Shown piece after piece: positions 24,208 to 34,188 of a DNA stretch of 37,325 nucleotides. The notes beneath the pieces are model-generated. The model did no database searches and was not told where the DNA came from. It saw only the letters and a list, made by a program, of their open reading frames with translations. The stretch covers positions 126,882,914 to 126,920,238 of the forward strand of contig NC_068981.1 in assembly GCF_001194135.2 (NCBI RefSeq). The letters run 5' to 3'. Made by a program: the position numbers and the translations under genes. The stretch is from Octopus bimaculoides (lineage: Eukaryota). Every line of letters begins with the position of its first letter. The first letter of the stretch is position 1.

Positions 24208-24265
24208 AATCTTACAGCTGTTTCTTGGATATCCCCAAGTATGGGATATTCCGTCATCAGAGACA
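24208..24265 (-). ncRNA. Type I hammerhead ribozyme-like motif with palindromic stem III
   Basis: Minus strand reads GTCT-CTGATGA-cGGAATATCCC atactt GGGGATATCCaa-GAAA-CAGCTGT-A-AGAT: core CUGAUGA/GAAA, palindrome ACAGCTGT, GUA triplet and a 4-bp stem I. The base of stem II is imperfect. Confidence 0.65.
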
Positions 24266-24756
24266 AATAGGGAAAATGAAAATGGTATGAGATGACACAG
24301 AGAAAGGGAGCAAAAGAATAAGGAGATGGAAAGAAAGAAGAAAAAAGAAGCATAAAAGTTCATAGTTCAACTTAGTGAAGTTATAGAAACCAGAGCATGA
24401 GTCCTTAGGTGCAATCTTGCGTAGATCCATGAGCATAAATCTTTAGGTGCAATCCTGCATAGATCCATGTGAGTTAAAATCCTAATATAGTAGACATCCC
24501 AAGAAAAGACACAAACATATCAGCGTTCAATAACAGAATGCAGGATTGCACCTAAGGACTTATGCTCATGGATCTACACAGGATTGCATCTAAGGACTCA
24601 TTTTCTGGTTTCTATAACTTCACTAAGTTGAACTATGAACTTTTATGCTTCTTTTTTCTTTCTCTCTTTCCATCTCCTTATTCTTTTACTCCTTTTCTCT
24701 ATGTCGTCATCTCAATATATATACCAGTCTCATTTTTCCTATTTTTTTTCCCTATT

Positions 24757-24815
24757 TGTTTCTGATGATGGAATATCCCATACTCGGGGGATATCCCAGA
24801 AACAGGTGTAAGATT
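24757..24815 (+). ncRNA. Type I hammerhead ribozyme-like motif, second copy
   Basis: GTTT-CTGATGA(24762-24768)-TGGAATATCCC atactcgg GGGATATCCCA-GAAA(24799-24802)-CAGGTGT-A(24810)-AGAT. Stem II has 11 positions with one A.C mismatch; the stem III palindrome is broken by one base. Confidence 0.6.
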
Positions 24816-24894
24816 TTGAATTTTTTCCAGTAATAATATTGTATATGACTTGAGATATTTGCCTTGCCTTTATGTTTGTTGTCCTGTTTAACAA

Positions 24895-25470
24895 ATCATC
24901 ATCATCATCGTTTTACGTCCACTTTCCATGCTGGCATGGGTTGGACGATTTGACTGAGGACTGGCGAACCTGATGGCTGCACCAGGCTCTAATCTAATTT
25001 GGCAGAGTTTCTACAGCTGGATGCCCTTCCTAATGCCAACCACTCCAAGAGTGTAGTGGGTGCTTTTACATGCCACTGGCACGAGGGCCAGTTAGGCGGT
25101 ACTGGCAACGGCCACCCTCAAGATGGTGTTTTTTATGCGTCACCTGCACAGGAGCCAGTCCAGCAGCACTGGCAACGACCTCGCTTGAATATTTTTTCAC
25201 GTGCCACCGGCACAAGTGCCAGTAAGGCGACACTGGTAATGATCACGCTCAAATGGTGCTATTTACGTGCCACTGGCATGGAAGCCAGACAGCTGCTCTG
25301 GCAATGATCATGCTCGGACGGTGCTGTTAGCACTCCACTGGCACAGGTGCCAGTCATCGAATTTGATTCAATTACAATTTCGATTTCACTTGCCCCAACA
25401 GGTCTTCGCAAGCAGAGTTTAGTGTCCAATGAAGGAGAGGTTAGCATGGGTGCCAGTCGTTGAATTTGGT
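24895..25470 (-). mobile_element. Long family C SINE/RTE-tail element, well preserved
   Basis: (ATC)n tail, then CGTCCACTTTCCATGCTGGCATGGGTTGGACG..CTGGATGCCCTTCCTAATGCCAACCACTC and 24-bp-like internal units. Confidence 0.8.
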
Positions 25471-27041
25471 TCGATTTCGATAATAAATATATATATATAC
25501 CTGACTATTGGTGGTTTTCAAAAGAAATTCTTAACTTAGTTATTCAAGTTTTGATTTTGAAACTATCTTTTAACAGTTAATCTAATACCTTGTTGACTTT
25601 TTTTTTCTATTCTTTTTATATATGTATCACTTGTGCTTATCTCTGAAAGCACAAGTGAAAGCTTATCTCTGAAAGTACATCTATAGTTACAGACTGAGCT
25701 AACCTTTTGGTTTATTTATTGCTAAATGTTCTATTATCATACAGTTAATGAAAAATATAAGAAGGAACAAGCTTCTTCATTGTTTGTGTTTTGCAATAAA
25801 TCTTATTTATATAGGCTTGTAACAAACATGTTAGCTGTGTTTGGTTTAACTTTCTGCTATACTGTCTCTACAATTCTAAGCTTGATTCAGCTTGGTTTAT
25901 ACAAACAGCTCTAAATTATATTTGATTAGAATTGGTTTTTACTAGAATCAAGATTGGTTATAGTTAAACTTTTGAGGATTCTTTCTATTAAAATATTTCT
26001 ACCATTTTGTATTTCATAAACAACAGACGCCCTGAATAATTATGAGTGCTATTGAACCTAGAGTATATATTTTCTTGGGTAACAACTTTTGTATCGCTAT
26101 ATTGGATTTCAATACATTATAAATATCATGGTTTGGATTCACCTTATATAATATCACTTAATCTCTCATACTCGATTGTTTAACATCTGTTAAAGTCCTG
26201 TAAATTTACAGCTGTTTAAATTTTTTTTTTTCTTTTTTTGTCTGTTTTAGTGAATCATCTTCAGTTTATGAAAACATTTGTTGCTTTTTCTTTTGGAAAT
26301 GTTATATGAATTTAAAATGTCAGGTTCCGTCTCTTGTTACTTCTTCCTCTTGTCTTTAATAATAATAATAATAATAATTTCCTTCTGTTCTCTCTCTCTC
26401 TCTTTGACAAATTAACTTTTTCTACACCTCTCTCTTTCATGACATTTATCTCACCTTGATATTCTATTTAGCCACCATCTTTTTTTTTTTTCTTCATACT
26501 ATCGAACACTTGTTTGTGGTAAATAACACTTGCTGTGCTCACCTTGTTTTATTTGGACTATCATATCTTATAACTACTAGACAGTAGTTAGTCACCTCTA
26601 CCCATCCACCTGCACACCCCATTACCACAGTACTTAACCCCATTGTTTGTCCTGTGTATCATGAGCTGCACAGGATAGAATTCACTGGCAACCATGCATC
26701 ATATATGATAGACATTCCCTTCTTTTTTTTTTTTTTTTTTTTTCCCATCCAACAGAGTATTTGGGGATTTATGAAAGGAAAACTTTATATTACACAGACC
26801 ATATGTAAAAGAGCTAACTAAAAGTCTGAAAACAGACATAGACATGTAGGAAAAACTTGTGAAAATGCATTGAACAGGCAAAGGATTAAATAATAGAAGT
26901 AATTGAAATATAGTTTCTGACTGCAAGACCCAACACAGTTATGTCTAAAATATCAGGCAATATTCATTCCGACTCAGCTAAATAAGTTAAAACTAAATTA
27001 TTGATCAATGTTAATCTCCTAAATCAACCTTGATTTAGACT

Positions 27042-27265
27042 TTAACCTTTTAGCACTTAAACCAGCTACATTTGGCCCAAATATTCTACTTATTTTATGG
27101 CAAAATTGGATGGATCCGGCTTCTCGCTCCTATTCTGCAATGTAATTTTTAAAATAAACAGTCTCATTGAAATCTTGAAGCTACATGATAATGCATGATT
27201 GATTTAAATAATGTGAATAAATAAGCATTACATTTAAGTGAGTAATCTGAATGCTAAGGGGTTAA
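27042..27265 (-). mobile_element. TTAA-MITE family 1, reverse orientation, full length
   Basis: TTAA-CCTTTTAGCA...AATCTGAATGCTAAGGGG-TTAA. Confidence 0.85.
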
Positions 27266-27566
27266 TTAGATTATGACTGCCAACATTGGGCCTAAAGGTA
27301 GAACTTACAGGCAAAATGTCTCCAGAATTTTTTCATTTCATTTATTTATTTATTCATTATAAATTTTCGTGCAAGTCAATCATTAAATCTTGCTCATATT
27401 GTCTGAAATCGTGATCTAACAAAGCATTTTAGAGTAGATTTTAGAGTAACCATTTATTCTTATGTTATAAAGTTCAAATAATGAACCATGATGAAATATG
27501 TTTGGTGGAGTGAAAAGAATCTGATGCTTTAATTGTGGTCAGTCTAAACTTTGTATTACTAACTGT

Positions 27567-27712
27567 TTAACCCTTTAGCATTTAAACTGGTCATATCCAG
27601 CCTGAATATGCCTCCTGTTTTATGTTCAAACTAGCCTGATTTAACCTCTCATGCCTATCCTATAATACCATTCTAAAACTAGCAATAACATCATCGAATG
27701 CTAAAGGGTTGA
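27567..27712 (-). mobile_element. TTAA-MITE family 1, reverse orientation, internally deleted
   Basis: TTAA-CCCTTTAGCATT...GAATGCTAAAGGG-TTGA. Confidence 0.8.
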
Positions 27713-27964
27713 ATATACTGAAATTTGTAAGTTATGCAACATATAATAAAAACAAATAGCTGTCAGTTATGTAATATAAACGGCTTGTTGGTTTTTTCAC
27801 TTAAATTAGATTTCCTAATATGTTAATCTTCTAGTTTAGATGTAAGAAGATAGAAGTTATATATTTATGTATGCTTGAGACATGTATTCTTTATTCTTAC
27901 TGTGGAATGAATCCTGAGGATACACTAAAGTTACCCACAAAATGGCTGGAGTATCAGACTAGAA

Positions 27965-28242
27965 CAGTGTTTCTCAACCTTTATACTCTTGCGTAACCCT
28001 TAAAATAAATTACGTCTCAAGAAACCCCTCCACAAAAAAATTATATACCATATTTTTATATTTTTTTTATAACATAATAGGTTAGATCGGATAGTGTCTA
28101 TATTACAATAACCAATAATATATTGTGCATGTATATTGTGATCATGAAATTAGTATTAGCTTATTTCACTCTTTCTCGCATAACCACTAGGAACCTTTTG
28201 CAGAACCCTAGGGTTCCAGGGAACACCAGTTGAGAAACGCTG
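27965..28242. mobile_element. hAT MITE (Buster/Charlie-like ends)
   Basis: TIRs CAGTGTTTCTCAAC / GTTGAGAAACGCTG; TSD GACTAGAA / GACTAGAG (7/8 identical). Confidence 0.88.
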
Positions 28243-30097
28243 GACTAGAGAACATCTGGTCTAATAAAACTACATGCCAAAAGGTGTCACTGTTATCAAA
28301 GATCAGACTCACTTCCCACTGTGTTCTATATGTTATTAATTTTAATCAGTTAAAATTTCAAGGTTGTGATCCCCTACCTTTTTTTTCTTTTTTTTCCTTT
28401 ACCAGAATTATTCATTCAGATGATTGTTTCAATTAATTAGACTTTCTTGGTTTACTGCATCAAGTTTGCAAGTATCTACCTTAATTACTTGATGCCATTG
28501 TTTTGCTGAGAAATTACATCATATAGTTATACAAAAAAAATTATTAGCTTACCTAGCATGATACTAGGTAAGCTAATTTGCATACTACTAAGTACCAGAA
28601 ATATTTATATTTTTCAATATGCAGACACAACATTGCTAAAAATCTCTGTGCTTTGCATTTTTTAAAACACATCTAAAACCTATAGTGTATGGAATAACAT
28701 TGTAGACGTTACTTACTTGTAAATTGATCTGAGCAACTTAATATACAGCTAATGGGAACTTTCCAAACAAAGCAGTCAGAGTGGTCCAAAGTAACATTTT
28801 AACAAATTGTATACTCATGCACACATTGATGGTGATGTATCCTAATAAGATTAATTGAGTTCTCATGATTAACTTCTATGAAAACCATCTCAGTTTATCA
28901 GCAACTAGGATCATGTAACTTTGACTTTCGCACATTTGAAATACATTTGTCTTTATATCTGAACAGTTTAGTATTTAAACACCTGCGTGTTAAATAAATT
29001 CTGCTTCTATTGCTTATTGTTTTCTTTTTTTTTTTTAATGTGTGAATGTTTTGCTATTATCATACTATTTTGTCTTTTTGGCTTTCATTGGTTTTTCAGC
29101 CACTCTGTATAACATAAACACTTACATCTAAAATAAATTGTCTGCATGTTTCACACTTGTTCACTTGAACTGAATGCATAAAGAGAATCTATTGTCCTAA
29201 GAAATTTTTTAACTACTTTAATGTTCTTTTTATATTCATGATAACCATGATGGAATTCTGATACTTTCAACAAAAACAAATGTTCCTTAAATTTATTCCT
29301 TTTTACTTGCTCAGTTATTCAAGTATGCTTTTAATTTCATTGCTGTTGAAGTTTCCCAGTTATCTGTTACAAACGGACAGCTAGGTGTAGGCAAGATAGA
29401 AGACTGATTGCTTATGTCATCAAGAGTTAATATTGTCAAACAGTTATTTTGTAGGCAAGGGTGATAAAAAATTAGTTCCATATATGAAGAAATTTTTCCT
29501 TTTTTCTTTTTACATAACAACCACCTCAAGATTTTCAGTTTGTCAAGATGTAGTTTAGGATTGTTTTCAATGTAAAAGCCAGTTATATTTAACTGTATTG
29601 TAGATGATAGCCATATGAGAGTATATTCTATATATATATATATCTTATAATATAAAAGACATGTGAATCGCTGTGTCTGTCTGTCAATAACAACATCTAT
29701 AATAGGGAGGGGAAAAAGGGAAGAATGGAAATATATGTTACAATGTATTTTTGGTAGGGGAAAAGAAAAAGTTGTTGTTGAGAGAAAAATAATGAGAGAG
29801 AGTGTGGTGGGGAGATAGAGAGATATTGTAGAGGATGGAAAAAGGGAGGAGAGTTGTTCAGAGAGAAATACAGAGAGAGAGAAAGATAGATGGTAGTGTT
29901 ATCATCATCATAACTAACAAGTTTTGAAAGATATATAGTTTTGTGTGTGTGTGTGTGGTGGATTGTGTATGTGTGTGTGTGTGTGTGTGTGGTGGATTAT
30001 GTATGTGTATATCTGTGTCTTTCAATATATAGAAAGCAATACAGACTTTAAAAAAGGAGTTTCACTTTGAATAAAAGAAGGGAAGGAGAAAGGGTTG

Positions 30098-30135
<38 letters not shown>

Positions 30136-30317
30136 NNNNNNNNNNNNNNNNNNNNNNNNNNNNNNNNNNNNNNNNNNNNNNNNNNNNNNNNNNNNNNNNN
30201 NNNNNNNNNNNNNNNNNNNNNNNNNNNNNNNNNNNNNNNNNNNNNNNNNNNNNNNNNNNNNNNNNNNNNNNNNNNNNNNNNNNNNNNNNNNNNNNNNNNN
30301 NNNNNNNNNNNNNNNNN
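30136..30317. other. Assembly gap between (TG)n and (TA)n
   Basis: Run of N. Confidence 1.
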
Positions 30318-30390
30318 TATATATATATATATATAATTTTTTTTTTGTCTTTCAAAATAAAGACAAAGCAACACATAGTTCAAAACAATA

Positions 30391-30426
<36 letters not shown>

Positions 30427-30606
30427 ATGTATAATCTTATATTCTGTTATTAATGTTCACCATGAAAGTTGGTCTAGAATTTATTTGCACAATTTATGAA
30501 GGTATGTGCATGATTTAGAAATATTTTTAGCTGGCAGCGTAGTAACAGGTTTGAACTAGTTTATATAAAAAAAAGAGGGAGAGAGAGAGAGAAAAAGGAA
30601 TATATA

Positions 30607-31910
30607 CAGAGTGCAGTGAATAAATTGTCATCTAAATTATGCAAAAATGAAAATAACACTGACATCTCATTTTAACAGATATATTTACCAAAATTATATT
30701 AAAATATTTTGAAATACTAAAGACTAAATTTATTCAATAAAATCACCATTGGCTTCAACCATGGCCTCCAGACGACTTCAGAATCTCCTGCAACTCTTCT
30801 GGACGGTCTCCTTGTTTAAGTTGGTGAATGCTGCCATAATTCTTGCCTTCAGTTCATCTTTGGTGTTACAAGGAGTTTTGTTGGTCTCTCACTCAACTGC
30901 ACCCCACACATAATAATGGAGGGAGCTGCAATCTGGGGAGTTAAGTGGCCAGATGTTAGGGCTGATGTGGTTTCAGAAATTGTCTAACTGCTATGACTGG
31001 GTTCTCTTGCTTGTGTGGCATGGTGCAGAGTCCTGTTGCCGGACATTGGGTCTTCCAGTAGCCACTCTCTTGACCCAGAGCAGCACTACTTCCTCCAGGC
31101 ACTTGATGTAAACCTCCATGTTGAGTGTGAGGTCGCTTGGGAGGATGAATGGAGGCATAACATCGCCATCACTACTGATCACTCCAAACACCATGTTATT
31201 AACTGGATGTTTGATTTTTATCACTCTCCGTACATGTTTTAGGGACACAGCAAGCCAATGGTTGTTCTGTTTGTTCATCATCTGATCCTGGCAGAAATTT
31301 TTCTCATTTGAGAAAAACCAAAGCATGTTCAGTTGGAAGGGATACTTGAGTTTGTTCAAAAGCTTCATAGTGTGATCTTTCCTCTTGTCCTTGATGGTTT
31401 ATTATAAAAATTGGCCTTTCCTCATCTTGTATGAGGAATACCAAGTGTCTTCATGCACTATCTACCTCATAAGAAACTCAGACACTCCCATGTCCCTGGC
31501 GATAGACCTGATTGACTTGGAGGGATCATAGTCAATCATGGCCTGGATCTCCCCAACAAATTCAAGAGTTCTTTTCTTATCAGAACGATCAGAGTGAGTT
31601 TTTTGAGCTGCTGTACCTTCACAATCACCATTAGAGTCATCCAGCTCTTTCCGAATCTCTGCACTGTCCCCAGATTGACACCCAAACACTCTGAAATGTT
31701 CGTATTGGAGCTTCTGGTGCAAATGCCAAGCAGTACAGCATGTTGTTTCCAAATTTCTGGCAGAGCAAATTGTGTCAGGGTGCTGTTATTCTCATAGACA
31801 GTGCCCAACTGACCCTACTATACTGTGTAGTTGACAAAATAAAAAACAAACAATGCACATGTGCGAAATTAAAAAATATAAAATGGTGACAATTTACCCA
31901 TCACACCCTG
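30607..31910 (-). mobile_element. Tc1/mariner-superfamily DD37D (maT-type) transposon, near full length, decayed
   Basis: TA-flanked imperfect TIRs CAGAGTGCAGTGAATAAATTGTCA / TGACAATTTACCCATCACACCCTG. Motifs DPSKSIRSIARDMGVSE (HTH), FFSNEKNF, QQDSAPCHTS and WPLNSPDCSSLHYYVWG; 37 residues counted from the 2nd Asp to the 3rd catalytic position (mutated D>H). Confidence 0.9.
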
Positions 31911-32099
31911 TATGTATTATAAAATAGCAGTAACGTTGGTTCCTATAGAACAGCCATGTTTAAGTTGCAATAAACATTACCTCTCTCTTTCTCTGTCTCT
32001 CTCTCTTACTAAACACACACATATATACATCTACACACAGAGGACTTTTGCATATTTTGTTAGAAAAATGCCATTCACAAACTACCAGTCAACTTCAGG

Positions 32100-32370
32100 C
32101 TATATATATGTGTGTGTGTGTGTGTGTCTGTCTGTGTTTATCCTGCCCTACCACTTGACAACTGGTGTTGGTGTGTGTATACATACACACTCACATGTAT
32201 ACATATGTTCATACACATCTACATACAGAGGGTTTTTGTACACTTTGTGATAAAAATTTCATTCACAAAATACTGATCATCTTGAAGCTACAGCTGAAAA
32301 TGCTTGTCCAAGATACTACACAGTAGGATCAAACTTGGAACCATGAAGCAGACTTCAAAACCATACCTGT
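32100..32370 (-). mobile_element. Degenerate SINE family B pieces
   Basis: CCACTTGACAACTGGTGTTGGTGTG and the reverse motif GTCCAAGATACTACACAGTAGGATCAAAC..GGAACCATG. Confidence 0.5.
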
Positions 32371-32449
32371 GCCCATATTTTTTTGTATGAAAGTGAAGCA
32401 GTAGAAGGATATTTTCCTTCTCATGGGCAGCTTGATTAATTAATTTTCT

Positions 32450-32675
32450 TTAACTAAGCACTTTGAAACTTTGTAAACTGGTAGAATGTGTTTATTCACA
32501 TTGCCTTGAATTAATAATGCATTATCTTATAGTTTCAAGGTTTTGATGATAGGCTTGTTTTCATTTTTAGAATGACATGGTAGGGTAAGTGTTATAGGCC
32601 AGGTCTGGCCAGTTTGTAAATAAAACCTGTAGAATATTTGGGCCACACGATCGGTCAAAATGCTTATAAGGTTAA
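32450..32675 (+). mobile_element. TTAA-MITE family 1, diverged
   Basis: TTTATTCACATTG..TGCATTATCTT..AGAATGACATGGTAGGGTAAGTG..AGAATATTTGGGCC..AAGG-TTAA. Confidence 0.7.
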
Positions 32676-33235
32676 TGTAACTTACTTTGAAGTAACTCTT
32701 GTACATCCAAATAAGTGCTATTACTACTACTACTACCACCACCGCTACCAACAGCAACAACAACATTGATGATAGTGCTTAAGTATATCAATTTTGTATT
32801 CTTCACTAGATTTATATTATTAAGATTATGACTACCAGGTTTTGGTTCCTAAATGTAACTGTTTCACTCTTCACATACTTTACTGACATTCTACAGAAAG
32901 GCATGAACATTTACACAGTTTTATTTTTTTCTTCACTCTAAATTCTAGACAATTACTGGATATTAGTTTCCGCTACTTGTTGAATCTCCAAAAGAATTTC
33001 TTTCTTTTGAAGCCTAATACTTAACAACTGTGAGTGACTATCTTATAATAAGATATCAATAACTGTTGAGGGTGGCAAGTTAGCAGATGCAGCCAGGCAT
33101 CAGACTAAATACCTTTAAAGCACTCAGCTTTTGTCTCTCTACATTCTGAATTCAAAATCTAAAAGAAATGATACAGTGCCTGTAAAATACTGTATCCATC
33201 ATTTGTATCATACCTATTCAAAAGAAAACAGTTGC

Positions 33236-33438
33236 TTAACTCTTTAGCATTTAAACTGGCCACATCAGGCCCAAATATTCTGTTTTATATTCAAACTGAC
33301 CAGATCTAGCCTCTCATACCTCCCCTACAATGTCATTCTAAAAATAAACATTCACATCACTGAAATTTCAAAGTGATGAGATAATATATAATTAATCCAA
33401 AACAATGTGAGGGGGTAATATGAATGCTAAAGGGTTAA
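33236..33438 (-). mobile_element. TTAA-MITE family 1, reverse orientation
   Basis: TTAA-CTCTTTAGCATTTAAACTGGCC...GAATGCTAAAGGG-TTAA. Confidence 0.85.
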
Positions 33439-33984
33439 TAAAAATTTCTGAGCTTTCTGAAAAGATATTTTCAATATCATCATTATCATCTATTCTTTAG
33501 GCTGGGAGTGATCTTTGTGTGATCCACCATGATCAACCTTCCCTTTTTAGGTACCTGTTGCCCATGAACAACTTCCTTCTAGATCTGCTGTACCTTTTAC
33601 TAAATGTTGGACATTGTTAATGGTTATTTTTAGTTTGTCCTGATTTTTTTTCCTTTATCATTTTCAAGCAAGTTTCTCTTTGCACTCTTTTGTGTCTTTA
33701 TTTCTTTTTACCAGAGACATTTAAGTTGTTTGTATGGCAAATTTGAATGGTTCATTCAGACCACTTGGCTTGCAAAAGCAAGTTCATCAGATGGCAAAAG
33801 CAAAATATTTTCAGTAACAGATTCTTTAGTTCCAACTATTAATCTCAGTCTACTGCTGTGTATACACAGACAGATGGAAAAAAATTACATTTTTTTCCCT
33901 CTTTATGATACTATTTTCCAATATTTATCTTTTTTCATTTTAAACAACTTTCTGTTGATGTCTAATATTGATTCCTCACATTAG

Positions 33985-34188
33985 GACAAGGCCAGAAATA
34001 GTGGCAGTGGAGAGTCACAATAACTTGAATCAACTCCAGTTCTTAGCTGGTATTCATTTCTATCAACCCTGGAATGATGAAGGGCAAAGTCATCTTTGAT
34101 ATGACAAGTACCAGTTGAGCACTGGGGTTGATGTAATCAACTTACCCCTTCCCCCTGAAATTGCTGACCTGCCAAAATTTGAAACCAG
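33985..34188 (+). mobile_element. SINE family A, partial
   Basis: AAGTACCAGTTGAGCACTGGGGTTGATGTAATCAACTTACCCCTTCCCCCTGAAATTGCTG. Confidence 0.6.

Larger units (their letters stand above)
24129..24894. mobile_element. Long inverted repeat (arms 24129-24460 and 24538-24894), probable Penelope-like element remnant with inverted pseudo-LTRs
   Basis: Arms are reverse-complementary over about 330-355 nt (TTGTTAAACAGGAC...AATCCTGCAT), with a 77-nt spacer. Each carries a hammerhead-like core. The Penelope assignment is inference. Confidence 0.7.

Noticed and set aside
10952-33800. Other CTGATGA/TCATCAG matches (e.g. about 10953, 23362, 33785)
   Set aside because: No stem II followed by GAAA and a UH triplet, so these are not hammerheads.
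33715-33984. Good acceptor followed by an open phase-0 frame (RHLSCLYGKFEW...)
   Set aside because: No recognisable motif or clear donor, and it runs into T-rich non-coding-like sequence.
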